The notes under the pieces are model-generated. The model did not search any database and was not told where the DNA came from. It saw only the letters and a list, made by a program, of their open reading frames with translations. From NCBI GenBank assembly GCA_913055735.1, contig CAJXKD010000002.1:984150-1048149 (forward strand): a stretch of DNA of 64,000 nucleotides, given 5' to 3'. Position 1 is the stretch's first letter. The number at the start of each line of letters is the position of its first letter. Below are positions 47,953 to 58,473 of the stretch, piece after piece. Origin of the DNA: an uncultured Rhodospirillales bacterium. GTDB taxonomy: Bacteria > Pseudomonadota > Alphaproteobacteria > Rhodospirillales > UBA2165. Made by a program: the position numbers and the translations under genes.

Positions 47953-48114
47953 TGTTCGCCCTCCTAACAATCTCGTTGACGCGCACCATAGCAATCGAGG
48001 CGAATCTTTCCACTTCAACTTTGCGGGAGGAAAGGCTGGACTGACCGCCGATACGGACTAACTTAGGCGCACCAGACCGACCTGAATGCGACTGGAACTA
48101 GGGGAATTGAGGTT

Positions 48115-48963
48115 ATGTCAGAGAAACGTTTTCTTGCCCGAACCGCCCCCGGCATGCCGACCACCGACGGCGCCGGCGTCAAGCTGACCCGGATGGTCGG
48201 AACGCCGTACCTGGATATGGTCGACCCGTTTCTGATGCTCGATCGTATGGATTCCGACGACCCCGATAGTTATATCGCGGGATTTCCCAATCATCCCCAT
48301 CGCGGTTTCGAAACCGTGACGCTGATCCTCGAAGGGCTGATGCGTCACAAGGATTCGGTCGGCAACGAAGGCGTTTTGGGTCCGGGCGACGTCCAATGGA
48401 TGACGGCGGGACGCGGTATCATCCACTCGGAAATCCCCGAGATGGTCGAGGGCCGGCTCAAAGGCTTCCAATTGTGGGTCAATCTTCCCTCCCACCTGAA
48501 AATGACGGCGCCGACATATCAGGATATTCCCGCGCAGGAGGTACCGGTCGTCGAAGGCCCCGGCAGTAGCGTGCGAGTGATCACCGGTTCTCATGAAGGC
48601 CATGACGGCCCGGCAAAGGCGCACACGCCGATCCGTGTCCTCGATGTGCGCCTCGACGCGGGTTCGACTTGGACGACAACCCCCGCGGACGGCAACGGCC
48701 TGTTCATGTGCGTATACGAGGGCTCGATCACGGCGCTCGACAATCTTGGCCGCGAGCAGGAAATTGAAGCGCCCAAATCCGGGATATTCCACGGCGACGG
48801 ACCCGTCGAAGTTACCGCAGGAGCCGACGGCGCCGAGATCCTTTATTGCGAAGGCGCGCCCATCAATGAACCCGTTGCCCGGTACGGCCCCTTCGTCATG
48901 AATACCAATCAGGAATTGGAACAAGCGGTGCGCGACTACAACGCGGGTCTTTTGGCGACCTAA
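48115..48963 (+). CDS. pirin-family protein (bicupin)
   Basis: GFPNHPHRGFETVTLILEG...H.DS.GN.G.L..GDVQWMTAGRGIIHSE is the pirin N-terminal cupin signature. 282 aa. Confidence 0.9.
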   Translation: MSEKRFLARTAPGMPTTDGAGVKLTRMVGTPYLDMVDPFLMLDRMDSDDPDSYIAGFPNHPHRGFETVTLILEGLMRHKDSVGNEGVLGPGDVQWMTAGRGIIHSEIPEMVEGRLKGFQLWVNLPSHLKMTAPTYQDIPAQEVPVVEGPGSSVRVITGSHEGHDGPAKAHTPIRVLDVRLDAGSTWTTTPADGNGLFMCVYEGSITALDNLGREQEIEAPKSGIFHGDGPVEVTAGADGAEILYCEGAPINEPVARYGPFVMNTNQELEQAVRDYNAGLLAT

Positions 48964-48970
48964 ATCGAGG

Positions 48971-50446
48971 TCAGCGATTTTCCCGCTCGTTGCGCCAGGC
49001 GATCAGGGCGTGTTGCGCATTGGGGCAGACATCCAGATATCCGGATGACCGGTCGAAAGCCTGCGGCAAACCGCCGACAGCCTTCACGGCCGCGATCTCC
49101 GTCATTAGCGCCTCGCATTCGAAGGCAATATCCTGAATGCGTTGGCCGTCCGCCGTCTTGCGCCCCCAATACCATCTATTCGCATAATCGGTCTGCCGGG
49201 CGATACGGTCCCGTAGCGCCTGTGCTTCCGGTGTGTGCTCCTTGCCCGCACTTTGCAGCGCGAGAAGTTTCCGTTGATCGGCGTCCGCCTTGGCCATCAA
49301 TTCGCCGGCACGCTGATCCTGCGCCGCATGGGTACCCTCGTGAACGATGTTGCGCAGCATCAGCAAGGGCGAGGAATAGAGGACGTCCTGGCGAACGAAG
49401 AAGATCCGATGTCCCGGACGTGAAAGGCCACGGTCATAGTACGCCGCCTTGGCGTCGATCCTGCCGCCCCTCACCATATGCCGGGAGATGGGATTGTAAT
49501 GAACTTCATCAATGATCCCGACATATTTCCTGAGGTCGTCCGGCAGGCCTTCCGCCATGCGAAGCGCTTGCTCCATCAGCGTGAAAAACGGCTGATTGCG
49601 GATATCTGGATAGAGAGAACCGAATACGTCGATATCGGCGATCGTTCGGTGCGCCGGATCATCCAGTTCCGATCCGGCGAGACGCGCATAAACCTGGCGT
49701 TTGGTCACCAACAGGATCCTCTGCGCCAGATAATCCAAGGTCTTATCGTTGAAGCTGCTCATGGGGAGACGCAAGATGTTCCCGTCCCTATCGCCAAGCC
49801 AGCCGGCGTGGCGGTGATAACGGTTGTCGGATGGGGCATAGAACTCGACACCATCGATCAACGACAAATAGGAGTGGGCGTCAACGGCAAGCCCCGTTGC
49901 CAGTTCCGCCGCCTGTTCAAGCCGCGCCTTTGCGTCCGTCTCGGGACCATTGGCCACCGAGCGATGAAACCAAACGTCGAACGAGATTTTTTTCGCGGGC
50001 GGAGCCTCGACCAGAAACCCTCCGTTGCACTCAATCCCGCCGGCACGCCAGCGGTCGAGGCGCGTGTCGATGATCTTATGTTCGAACGTCGGCATTTCGT
50101 GCCGATAGGTCTCGAACAATTTTTTCGCCCCAGAATCGCCGGCCCGTGACGCCAGGCCCGCCCAAAAGGCCGCTTCGGACGGCGAATAGCGGAGGCCGAT
50201 CCCCTCCCCGTGCAGAATGGCGATTTGACGTTGTGCCGGTGCGAAGCCCGCGCTGGCAAGAGGTTGCCAACGGTCGCGGGCCGCCCATGGCCGGCCCTCT
50301 TTCAATTCGTCGGTCCCCGCGTCGTACCACGCAACAACATCATCCAGGGTACAGCGCCCCTCCGCGTACGCGGGCGCCGGCGCAACGGCCATCCCCACGG
50401 CAAGCCAAAGGAATGCGGCAAACCGGAGACAATGCGGCCGGGTCAT
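48971..50446 (-). CDS. secreted hypothetical protein with Sel1-like N-terminal region and an HExxH motif
   Basis: Signal peptide ...[13 protein letters not shown]|EG. Sel1-like segment ([30 protein letters not shown]). [11 protein letters not shown] near residue 370 could be a zincin motif. No family recognised. Confidence 0.5.
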   Translation of the reverse strand: MTRPHCLRFAAFLWLAVGMAVAPAPAYAEGRCTLDDVVAWYDAGTDELKEGRPWAARDRWQPLASAGFAPAQRQIAILHGEGIGLRYSPSEAAFWAGLASRAGDSGAKKLFETYRHEMPTFEHKIIDTRLDRWRAGGIECNGGFLVEAPPAKKISFDVWFHRSVANGPETDAKARLEQAAELATGLAVDAHSYLSLIDGVEFYAPSDNRYHRHAGWLGDRDGNILRLPMSSFNDKTLDYLAQRILLVTKRQVYARLAGSELDDPAHRTIADIDVFGSLYPDIRNQPFFTLMEQALRMAEGLPDDLRKYVGIIDEVHYNPISRHMVRGGRIDAKAAYYDRGLSRPGHRIFFVRQDVLYSSPLLMLRNIVHEGTHAAQDQRAGELMAKADADQRKLLALQSAGKEHTPEAQALRDRIARQTDYANRWYWGRKTADGQRIQDIAFECEALMTEIAAVKAVGGLPQAFDRSSGYLDVCPNAQHALIAWRNERENR

Positions 50447-51192
50447 GTCCGCGTTCCCAAAAGCAGGTCCTTGGCCTGGTTGATCTTGGAAGCCAAATAG
50501 GTCGACCCGCCGCGATCGGGATGCAATTTGCTCATCAAATCTCTATGGGCCTCTTTGATCTCTTCTTCGCTTGCGCCGGAAGAAAGGCCGAGAATTTCGT
50601 AGGCCTCTTCCCGGGTCATAGCCCCCGCACCATACTGTCCGGAACCGGCCCCTCCGGCGCCATCCCCCGCCCCTGGCGACGCGGCATGCTCCTGCCATTC
50701 ATCGGGGTAGTAGCGTTCCAGATACGACATCAGGACCTGACTGGACTGATCATCTTCAGAACATTCCGCCAAAAGCCTTACCAGTTCGTCAAAGGACAGA
50801 TCGCCCAGCTGACGACCCGAAAACTGCCCTTCCAGAACCTCCCCCTGCATCTCCCCGGACCCGAGATCGAGCTTCATACGCAGAAACCGGGTATCGACGG
50901 ACGAAGATTGTCCGCCTCCAGGCCGTGGCCCGCCGGATTTCATTCGCTGCCAATTCTTGGCCGCGCGAGCGGCGCTGCGAAGGCGCAAAACCCACGGCAA
51001 CAACGCGGGCAACAGGAAAAACAGGAAATGGGCCCCGCCGCGGATAACCAAAAAAACGGTCAGCGGCACGAAAATGAGCACCAAGACCCATTTGAGGACC
51101 CTGGCAACCTGTGCGGGCGGCGCATTGGCGAACCAACGCGCGGCGAGCATCCCGCCGACCAATAATGCGAAACCGGCTATTAAATATGGCAT
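50443..51192 (-). CDS. membrane-anchored J-domain protein (DjlA/Tim14-like)
   Basis: Two N-terminal TM segments and a C-terminal J domain ([51 protein letters not shown] with HPD). Its stop overlaps the downstream gene's start (ATGA). Confidence 0.8.
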   Translation of the reverse strand: MPYLIAGFALLVGGMLAARWFANAPPAQVARVLKWVLVLIFVPLTVFLVIRGGAHFLFFLLPALLPWVLRLRSAARAAKNWQRMKSGGPRPGGGQSSSVDTRFLRMKLDLGSGEMQGEVLEGQFSGRQLGDLSFDELVRLLAECSEDDQSSQVLMSYLERYYPDEWQEHAASPGAGDGAGGAGSGQYGAGAMTREEAYEILGLSSGASEEEIKEAHRDLMSKLHPDRGGSTYLASKINQAKDLLLGTRT

Positions 51193-51198
51193 GTGAGC

Positions 51199-51906
51199 TT
51201 AACCGCGCTTCACCTGGTGTGCGATTTGAAGGACCGCACCGCCCCGTTGCCGGGCGAAATTCTCGAGCGCACGGCGCCCGCCCGCCGCATAAACGGCGAC
51301 CGCTTCCAATAACTCACGCAAGGTCTGAGGACTGTCCGCATCGAACCGGCAATGCGCGCCGTTGGTCAAATGCGCAATTTGCTTAAACGCAAATTCGGCA
51401 ACGGCGTCCCGGCCCTCCTGAAATACGAAAACGGGCACGCCGAGAATGCCCAACTCTCCGGCAACGTGGCCTAACTTGTCGACGTCCTCCTCGACACAAT
51501 CCCCGACGAAGACCACGGCATTCACGCGCTTCTTCTTGGTTTCCTGAACGGCATGACGCAGCACTTTGCGAATTTGTGTTTCGCCGGCGAGGCAGAAGAC
51601 ACCGGACATCTGCCGCAACAACGCGTCGGAGTCCGTCATCCACTTCGTCGCCTTGAACTCGCCGAAGCCACGGTAATAGGCGAGCTGTATCTCCAGCCCG
51701 CCAAGCGCCGAGGTTTCCTGAAACATGGCCCCTTGCAGTTGGCTGGCGCGATCCCAGGTGGGTTCGCGGCTGGCCGTCGCGTCCATGGCGAATATCAGCC
51801 GGCCGCGCTCTCCTGCCGGCACGCGCATCGGCGTCGCCGCAACCTTCTTCAGAAACGCTTGAACCTCGTCACGCGAAGATTTTGTGGGTAGCTTTTCATC
51901 GCCCAT
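51199..51906 (-). CDS. VWA (von Willebrand factor A) domain protein
   Basis: LIFAMDATASREP is DxS/TxS MIDAS-like. NAVVFVGDCVEED...VPVFVFQEG is a typical VWA beta-strand pattern. Start at ATG 51906. Confidence 0.7.
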   Translation of the reverse strand: MGDEKLPTKSSRDEVQAFLKKVAATPMRVPAGERGRLIFAMDATASREPTWDRASQLQGAMFQETSALGGLEIQLAYYRGFGEFKATKWMTDSDALLRQMSGVFCLAGETQIRKVLRHAVQETKKKRVNAVVFVGDCVEEDVDKLGHVAGELGILGVPVFVFQEGRDAVAEFAFKQIAHLTNGAHCRFDADSPQTLRELLEAVAVYAAGGRRALENFARQRGGAVLQIAHQVKRG

Positions 51907-52080
51907 GGATGAAACTTTCCTCGCTTCGCGGCCAATTGGCCATTTTTCTTTTCCCGTTCCGAGCGCGAGTTTTTGTGTTGCCGCACAAATAGGCACACCT
52001 TGATTGGGCCCGAGTCTACCTCTGCCCCTGAATCAAAACAATATCGTAGCCTTCTGACCGCGACTCAGCGGAGCTACGTT

Positions 52081-53139
52081 CTATTTGTGAAGCTTACCGT
52101 CCGGCCGGAACGCATGAAAGACGAAGGCGAAAGTAATATCGTGTACTTCGTCGACAAGCTTTCCCGCCACCTTCCGTTGCACGATGACGTTACCGACATC
52201 CCGGCCCTGCGAAATGTCCCGGGAGTCGAGCGCTGAGTTCTGCCCTGTTGTCCAACTCAGGATCAAATTACCGCTTTCGATCCTCTTCTTTTTGCGCAGC
52301 AAATCCAACGTCCAGGCCTCTGCGCCAACCGCAATCACGCGCGCAAGGGCAGGCACATCATTGGGCAACGGCCCACGATAGAGGAACGGCGCTTGCGAGC
52401 TGTCATACCCTACGTATGGGTTCAGCCCGCCCCGCCCGCGAGAGACGAATACCGGCTTCAGCACCTGGCCGTCCGGAAATCGTTGTTTGAACTTCCCGTA
52501 AGCTTCGAGACGCGATGGCAACATCTTCAGTTGAGTACCGGTCAACTTACCCACGATGGCCTCGCCAAGGAACTGTTGCCACCAGCTTTCCGTTGTGCGG
52601 TCGTACATGACGAGATCAGAGTTTCGCAGTTTGCCGGTTGTCCCAAACCTCAGCACCTGTCCGTCGACCCGTGCATCAAAGACGATGGCCGCATTGCAAA
52701 GCGGACAATACGTAACCGCCACCGGCACGCCGCCGACCGTATCATTGACGATCTCGTGGTTCATCAGGATGCCCAGGGGATAGGCCCGGGCGTCGCCGTT
52801 CATGGAAAAGCTAATAACGGGAACGGTATCGGCGAGACCATCCACTTTGGCAATCGGCTCGAATTCGGGATGATCGATAGAAGGAATGCCGTCCTTGGGC
52901 GGACCGCCCGAAATGATTTCATCGAAATCGACGGACGTTTTGGCGAAGTCCGTGTTGGGCCATTCGAATTTCCAGAACAGAGGATTGGCGCAAGCCGCCT
53001 TGTAGCCAAGTCCCAACAGCACGCAAATGAACAGTGCGGGTACGATTGCCTTGCGGTGTCGACTGAATTTTCGTGAAGCCACTCCCATAGCTGGAAGCTT
53101 GCATCGGTGACGATGCAAGAACAAATCACGCCCCTTCAC
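52081..53139 (-). CDS. DUF3179-domain protein
   Basis: GGPPKDGIPSIDHPEF...PVISF..NGDARAYP...M.HEIVND.VGG.PVAVTYCPLC..A..F...V.G..L.FG..G.L..SDLVMYD..T.S.WQQ is the DUF3179 pattern. Start uncertain (53139 or ATG 53088). Confidence 0.75.
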   Translation of the reverse strand: MKGRDLFLHRHRCKLPAMGVASRKFSRHRKAIVPALFICVLLGLGYKAACANPLFWKFEWPNTDFAKTSVDFDEIISGGPPKDGIPSIDHPEFEPIAKVDGLADTVPVISFSMNGDARAYPLGILMNHEIVNDTVGGVPVAVTYCPLCNAAIVFDARVDGQVLRFGTTGKLRNSDLVMYDRTTESWWQQFLGEAIVGKLTGTQLKMLPSRLEAYGKFKQRFPDGQVLKPVFVSRGRGGLNPYVGYDSSQAPFLYRGPLPNDVPALARVIAVGAEAWTLDLLRKKKRIESGNLILSWTTGQNSALDSRDISQGRDVGNVIVQRKVAGKLVDEVHDITFAFVFHAFRPDGKLHK

Positions 53140-53182
53140 GTGTGGGTGAAGGGGCGTGTCTTTGTTTTGGATATTCTTAGGG

Positions 53183-54190
53183 TCAGACTTTCAGGCGTGG
53201 GAAGACGGCCCGCGCGTTATCCTCGAACACCTGCTTCTTCTCCGCGTCGGACAGATTCGGTGTCGCGTCGATGTACCGCTTGGTGTCGTCATAGGCATGG
53301 CCCGTGGTCGGATCGTCGCCACGTACCGCCCCGACCATCTCGGAGGCGAACAGAATGTTCTTGGTCGGGATCACCTTAGTCAGACAGTCGATGCCCGCCT
53401 GATGATAGACGCACGTATCGAAGTACACGTTGTTCATAAGATGGCCGTCCAGAATCTTCTCCTGCATCTGCGCCAAGCCACGGTACCGGCCCCAGTGATA
53501 GGGCACCGCGCCGCCGCCGTGCGGAATGATGAACTTCAGTGTCGGGAAATCCTTGAACAGGTCGCCGAGGATGAGCTGCATGAACACCGTCGTGTCCGCG
53601 GCGATGTAGTGCGCACCCGTATGGTGGAAGTTGGGGTTGCAAGAACCGGACACATGGATCATCGCCGGCACGTCCAACTCCACCAGCTTCTCATAAAGCG
53701 GATACCACCAGTCTTTGTCGGTCATCGGCGGATCGGACCACATGGCGCCGGAAGCGTCAGGGTTCAGGTTGCAGCCGATGAAGCCCATCTCATTGACGCA
53801 ACGCTCGAGCTCGGGAATGCAATTCTTCGGGTTCACGCCCGGATATTGGGGCAGCGCACAAACAGGAATGAAGCTGTCGGGATAAAGATCGCAGACCCGG
53901 CGGATCATATCGTTGGACAGTTGGGTCCACTCCATGGATGTTTCCGCGGTGCCGAGGTGGTGACCCATGCCGACGGCACGCGGCGAGAAAATGGTGTAAT
54001 CGGTGCCACGTTCGTCCTGGAGCTTTTTCTGGTTGTTGTCGATGCCCTCGCGGATTTCATCATCGGAGATGGAAAGCTCGGCGCGGGTGGCCTTGAAGGG
54101 CCCGCTCTCGACGAGTTTGAGCTGGCGATCGCGCCAATCCTTCTGGGCTTGAGGTTCGGTGGTGAAGTGACCGTGACAATCGATAATCAT
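53183..54190 (-). CDS. amidohydrolase-2 family enzyme (LigJ/ACMSD-like hydratase/decarboxylase)
   Basis: MIIDCHGHFTT (HxH metal site) and ...IHVSGS...FIIPHGGG...VYFDTCVY fit the amidohydrolase_2 TIM barrel. It resembles 4-oxalomesaconate hydratase-type proteins. Confidence 0.7.
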   Translation of the reverse strand: MIIDCHGHFTTEPQAQKDWRDRQLKLVESGPFKATRAELSISDDEIREGIDNNQKKLQDERGTDYTIFSPRAVGMGHHLGTAETSMEWTQLSNDMIRRVCDLYPDSFIPVCALPQYPGVNPKNCIPELERCVNEMGFIGCNLNPDASGAMWSDPPMTDKDWWYPLYEKLVELDVPAMIHVSGSCNPNFHHTGAHYIAADTTVFMQLILGDLFKDFPTLKFIIPHGGGAVPYHWGRYRGLAQMQEKILDGHLMNNVYFDTCVYHQAGIDCLTKVIPTKNILFASEMVGAVRGDDPTTGHAYDDTKRYIDATPNLSDAEKKQVFEDNARAVFPRLKV

Positions 54191-54218
54191 AATGAAATTC
54201 CCTGTCTTAGCGTTTCTA

Positions 54219-55106
54219 TCAGTCGCGCCCAGCGACTTCGCGTCCCTTGACGAGGCCCGGATAGGTCCGTGACACGCCGGTCATGAGGAAGCGGTATCCT
54301 TGTTCGATGAGGGCCTCCACGTTGGCGGCAGTGGCATGGGGGTGGCCGACAACGACATCATGCTCTTTGCAGACCGCGACCACTTCGGCCATCGCCTCCA
54401 GCAACGCTGGGTGATCGTATTGCCGGGGGAAACCGAGTTCCTGGCCGAGATCGCCTTCGCCGATCAGGATCGCGCCGATACCGGGAACGTTCTTCAACAT
54501 GTCGGGCAGGTTCTTGATGCCCAATGTGTCTTCGATCTGCAGGATACAGAAAATTTCGCCATTGGGGTCATAGGGCCAGACGTCGGCCTTGGCGTAGTAT
54601 TCCTGTTGGGTGATACCCCAATAGCGGACCGCCGCCGTCGGACCGTCGCCGCGGATACCCTGCGGCTCATGGCGCTCCTTGTCCGCAAGGCGGGGATAGC
54701 GCGCCGCGGCAACCGCGTTATAGGCCTGCTCCACGGTCGAGATATGCGGAAACACGATGCCGTAGCAACCCGCATCCAGGGCCTGCTTGGCTTGCCATTG
54801 TGCCATCTCGACGCCGTTGACCGGCACCCGGCACATGGGCGTGACCTTGGGCGCCAGGCTGCCGCCTTTGACCAGTTGACCGCGCAGCAGCATGTATTGC
54901 AGGCAATCGCGGAGATTGGCTGAGTCCCACGGGTTATGCTCCATCTCGATGACGATGCCGTCGTAATCGGACGACGCAAAGGCCATCGCGTCGGACGGGT
55001 TGGGCGGACAGAAGGAGGTGAAAGCCACCTGCCCCTTTTCCAACGCGCCGATAACACCGTTCAGTCTCGGAAGTCCGCTCAAGATCCCCTCCCTGGCGTA
55101 AGTCAA
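54219..55106 (-). CDS. HpcH/HpaI-family aldolase
   Basis: SDYDGIVIEMEHNPW...VTPMCRVP...ALDAGCYGIVFPHI...LQIEDT.G..N...........G...I.IGEGDL is the HpcH/HpaI (class II pyruvate aldolase) pattern. Confidence 0.75.
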   Translation of the reverse strand: MTYAREGILSGLPRLNGVIGALEKGQVAFTSFCPPNPSDAMAFASSDYDGIVIEMEHNPWDSANLRDCLQYMLLRGQLVKGGSLAPKVTPMCRVPVNGVEMAQWQAKQALDAGCYGIVFPHISTVEQAYNAVAAARYPRLADKERHEPQGIRGDGPTAAVRYWGITQQEYYAKADVWPYDPNGEIFCILQIEDTLGIKNLPDMLKNVPGIGAILIGEGDLGQELGFPRQYDHPALLEAMAEVVAVCKEHDVVVGHPHATAANVEALIEQGYRFLMTGVSRTYPGLVKGREVAGRD

Positions 55107-55246
55107 TTCCGGGCCGTTATGACCCTGTCCCGTTTGTCCGCATCATCCCGGATGAGACAGGGATTCGCCAGACCTATTCACAAAAAATCGCAGGCGAATT
55201 CGGTTTTTGTCCGAATTCCCTTGACCCGACTCATGACGCCCAACTC

Positions 55247-56059
55247 CTACGCGAGGCCAGCCAGATACTCGTCACGGCGTTTGCGCACCCGGTCCCGAAT
55301 GGCGCCGCCATAGGTTTTCATGGATGCGACGTCCTCGTCGGTAAGCTTGCCGGAAACGGCCGCCTTAAAGCTGGGCCGTTCCTTGGCCCGCGCCCACCAA
55401 GCCTGCACATGCGGGCGATCCGCGGTCCAGATGTCCAACAGATCGAGATATTCCATACGTGCGACGTAAGGCATCAGATTGATATCGGCGAGAGAATAGG
55501 TTTCGCCAAGCATCCAGGTCCGGCCATCCGATAAATCCTGCTCCATGTTCTTGAACAACTTCTCGAAGGTCGCGATCGCTTGAAAGACATAGGGTGACTC
55601 GACGCCTTCCGCATAGGTCGATTTGAACCGCGCCGTGCGCGCCGGATCACCGACGTTGCGGAACCGCGCCTGACGCTGTTCCTCGCTCATCGCTTTCATT
55701 TTTTCGCGGAACATGGCGGAGAAACTCAGTTCCCGCGTTGCCTCGAAAATGCCCTCGTCGATGGCCTTGCTCCAAAGGCGCATGCGGGCGCGCTGATGCG
55801 GCGCGTCAGGGACCAGCGATGGTTCCGGGAAAACGTCGTCGAGATACTCGCAGATCAGGGTGGATTCGATGACGATATTGCCGTCATGGTCGAGCGACGG
55901 CACCACGCCCTTCGGATTGATCTTTAGGTATTCCGGGCTGTACTGCTCGTGGGTGAACAGGTTGATGTTCTGAGTATCGTAGGGCAGTCCCTTCTCGTCG
56001 AGGGTGATCTGCACCTTCTGCGTACAGATGGAATTTCCTGCCTGATAGAGCTTGAGCAT
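55247..56059 (-). CDS. glutathione S-transferase family protein
   Basis: MLKLYQAGNSICTQKVQITLDEKGLPY...INPKGVVPSL.HDG..I.ES..I.EYLD is a GST N-terminal thioredoxin-like domain, followed by an alpha-helical C-domain. Start at ATG 56059. Confidence 0.8.
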   Translation of the reverse strand: MLKLYQAGNSICTQKVQITLDEKGLPYDTQNINLFTHEQYSPEYLKINPKGVVPSLDHDGNIVIESTLICEYLDDVFPEPSLVPDAPHQRARMRLWSKAIDEGIFEATRELSFSAMFREKMKAMSEEQRQARFRNVGDPARTARFKSTYAEGVESPYVFQAIATFEKLFKNMEQDLSDGRTWMLGETYSLADINLMPYVARMEYLDLLDIWTADRPHVQAWWARAKERPSFKAAVSGKLTDEDVASMKTYGGAIRDRVRKRRDEYLAGLA

Positions 56060-56066
56060 TGTCTTT

Positions 56067-56103
56067 CCCTGTTGGCATTCCCGTTGGCGTTCCCGTTGGC
56101 GTT
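56067..56103. repeat. three tandem copies of cccgttggcgtt (first copy imperfect: ccctgttggcatt)
   Basis: Read directly. It lies 8 nt upstream of the GST start codon, in the divergent spacer shared with the FAD-oxidoreductase gene. Confidence 0.9.
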
Positions 56104-56227
56104 CCGAGGTCTGCAAGGCATAGCGAATGCGGCCGATGAGAGCAAACAGACTGCACGACGGCATGAAAGGGATTTTCGATCCCCTCCGATACCTCTATTT
56201 TCCTCCGGCTTGAGATGAAAGGCTGGC

Positions 56228-57337
56228 ATGACTGAGAAAATAGATTGCGCCGTCATCGGCGCGGGGGTGGTCGGCTTGGCGGTCGCCAGGGAACTGGCGC
56301 AAATGGGCCGCGAGGTCATCATCCTCGAAACCGCCGACGCCATCGGGACGGGCACGAGCTCGCGCAACAGCGAGGTGATTCATGCCGGTATCTATTACCC
56401 CCAAGGCAGCCTCAAGGCCGAGGCCTGCGTCAGCGGCAAGCACATGCTCTACCGCTATTGCGAGGCGCATGGCGTGCCGCACAAACGCTGCGGCAAATTG
56501 ATCGTCGCGTCGGATGAAATCCAAATTCCGACCCTCAAGGAAATCGGCAAGAAAGCCGCTGCCAACGGCGTCGACGACATGCAGTGGCTCGATCAGGACG
56601 AAGTTCTGGCGATGGAACCAGCACTCAATGCTGTTGCGGCGCTGCTGTCGCCTTCCACCGGGATCATCGACAGCCACGCGCTAATGCTCGCCTATCAAGG
56701 CGACGCCGAGGCTGCGGGTGCCGTGATCGCCTTTATGTCGCCGGTAACCGGCGGTCAGATCACAAAAGACGAGATCGTGTTGGAAGTCGGCGGCGACGCG
56801 AACATGAGCCTCGCCTGCACCACGGTCGTCAACTGCGGCGGCCTGTTCGCGCCCGACGTGGCCGCTTCGATAAAAGGGCTGCCGGCCAAATTCGTACCCA
56901 AGGCCTATTACGCCAAAGGAAACTACTTCACCCTCGCCGGACGGGCGCCCTTCGATCACCTGATCTATCCCGTGCCCGAGGAAGCCGGTCTCGGCGTTCA
57001 CCTGACCCTCGACATGGGCGGCCAGGCACGATTCGGTCCTGACGTCGAATGGATCGATAAGATCGACTATCGGGTCGACCCCCGGCGCGGTGATAAATTC
57101 TATGACGCGGTACGGCGGTATTGGCCCGACCTCAAGGACGGATCCTTGCAGCCGGGTTACTCCGGCATCCGTCCGAAGATCCAGGCGCCGGGTGAACCGG
57201 CCAAGGATTTCGTCATCAGCGGTCCCGCCGAACACGGCATTCCCGGCTTGGTCAACATGTTCGGAATCGAGTCGCCGGGCCTCACCTCGTCATTGGCATT
57301 GGCGTCAATGGTTACCCGCCAATTAACCAATTCGTGA
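56228..57337 (+). CDS. FAD-dependent oxidoreductase (DAO family; L-2-hydroxyglutarate oxidase-like)
   Basis: N-terminal dinucleotide fold [36 protein letters not shown], and a C-terminal [10 protein letters not shown]. Confidence 0.8.
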   Translation: MTEKIDCAVIGAGVVGLAVARELAQMGREVIILETADAIGTGTSSRNSEVIHAGIYYPQGSLKAEACVSGKHMLYRYCEAHGVPHKRCGKLIVASDEIQIPTLKEIGKKAAANGVDDMQWLDQDEVLAMEPALNAVAALLSPSTGIIDSHALMLAYQGDAEAAGAVIAFMSPVTGGQITKDEIVLEVGGDANMSLACTTVVNCGGLFAPDVAASIKGLPAKFVPKAYYAKGNYFTLAGRAPFDHLIYPVPEEAGLGVHLTLDMGGQARFGPDVEWIDKIDYRVDPRRGDKFYDAVRRYWPDLKDGSLQPGYSGIRPKIQAPGEPAKDFVISGPAEHGIPGLVNMFGIESPGLTSSLALASMVTRQLTNS

Positions 57338-57349
57338 CACTCCCTCGCC

Positions 57350-58468
57350 ATGCTTCCGGGCATGGTGTTTGCGGCTACGTTTCCGTTCCGGCGAAAGAGT
57401 ATTGCACGTCTATGGGCGACAATTGCCGCTGCCATGTTGCTGGGTGCGGCGCCGATCGCGGCGGCGCAGGAACCGGGTGTGCGCGCCCAAGGCGAAGACG
57501 TTCTCCCCACGGACCCTGCGGCCGAGCGGCGCTCGGCGCAAAGGATCGACCCGCGCACCGAAATGCGCCGCCTCATCCGCGATTCGAGCCGCTATCTCCG
57601 CAGCCTCAATCCCAGTTTCATCGTCATCGTCGAAGGCGGTCTCGACCTTCTCGAAACGGAAGATCTGGTCGATCCCACGGCGATGGTGCCCGCCACCAGC
57701 TACATCCGCGCCTTGGACGGGATTCTGGTGCAGGGTATCAAGTTTCCGCTGAAACTCGTGGGCGACACGGAAGCCGCCCGAAAACGGGAAACCGAACGTA
57801 TCGAACGGCTTGCTGATTTGGCACGCGCCAACGACTTGAAGGTGTTGGTCACCGATTTCGTATCGTCTGCCGAGGAAACTCGCCTTGCCGTTCAATTTAA
57901 TCGGTCGAAAGGTTTCGTAACATTCGCCGCTGCGAAAAACGGCCGCTTTAGATCAGTGCCGAAATATCCTCCACGCCCGTTCGGAGAAAACCATCACAAC
58001 ATTACCGGCATCGGCGACGTTCAAAACTTTCTCCATATCACCGATTCCTCAGAACACGATACCCACGAAGATTTCGTCCTTCATCTAGCAGCCTCCAATT
58101 TCGACGCGGTGATCGTGGATGTGTTTCATCGCGGCAGGACGCCGTTTGCCCGCCGGCACGTCGACAGCATGAAGTATAAAAAGTTGGGAGCTCGCCGATT
58201 GGTTCTCGCATATATGGACATCGGACATGCAACAAACCATGCCTATTATTGGAAACCGGAATGGCGGGAAGGAAATCCCTATTGGATTGCAGCACCGGTA
58301 GCCGGCGAACCGCATCGCCACTTCGTTGAGTACTGGCAGCCAGGCTGGCGCAGCGTCGTGACTGGAAACACCAATTCCTACCTTTACGGGATAGCCGCGC
58401 AAGGATTTGACGGCGTCGTCATCGGCGGCGTCGACGCATACCGTTTCTTTGAAGGCACGGTCCAATAA
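57350..58468 (+). CDS. secreted GH114-like (TM1410-type) putative glycoside hydrolase
   Basis: Signal peptide ...GAAPIAAAQE. VLAYMDIGHA....YYWK.EW......WI.......P...FVEYW.P.W......G..SYLYGI...GFDGV....VDAY resembles the endo-alpha-1,4-polygalactosaminidase/TM1410 TIM-barrel family. Confidence 0.6.
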   Translation: MLPGMVFAATFPFRRKSIARLWATIAAAMLLGAAPIAAAQEPGVRAQGEDVLPTDPAAERRSAQRIDPRTEMRRLIRDSSRYLRSLNPSFIVIVEGGLDLLETEDLVDPTAMVPATSYIRALDGILVQGIKFPLKLVGDTEAARKRETERIERLADLARANDLKVLVTDFVSSAEETRLAVQFNRSKGFVTFAAAKNGRFRSVPKYPPRPFGENHHNITGIGDVQNFLHITDSSEHDTHEDFVLHLAASNFDAVIVDVFHRGRTPFARRHVDSMKYKKLGARRLVLAYMDIGHATNHAYYWKPEWREGNPYWIAAPVAGEPHRHFVEYWQPGWRSVVTGNTNSYLYGIAAQGFDGVVIGGVDAYRFFEGTVQ

Positions 58469-58473
58469 TCGGC

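Noticed and set aside
47191-48018. Interpretation of the split ORFs as a pseudogene or two separate genes
   Set aside because: The interruption is a single in-frame TGA at the exact Sec/Cys position of the FGSxT-U-P motif, and a hairpin follows it. The downstream piece has no SD and would lack the N-terminal half of the thioredoxin fold. I prefer Sec recoding, though this remains unproven without the sel genes.
56067-56103. Sigma-54 promoter (TGGCAT-N5-TTGG) inside the 12-nt repeat
   Set aside because: The -12 element reads GG where GC is required at the correct spacing. The resemblance is a by-product of the repeat sequence.
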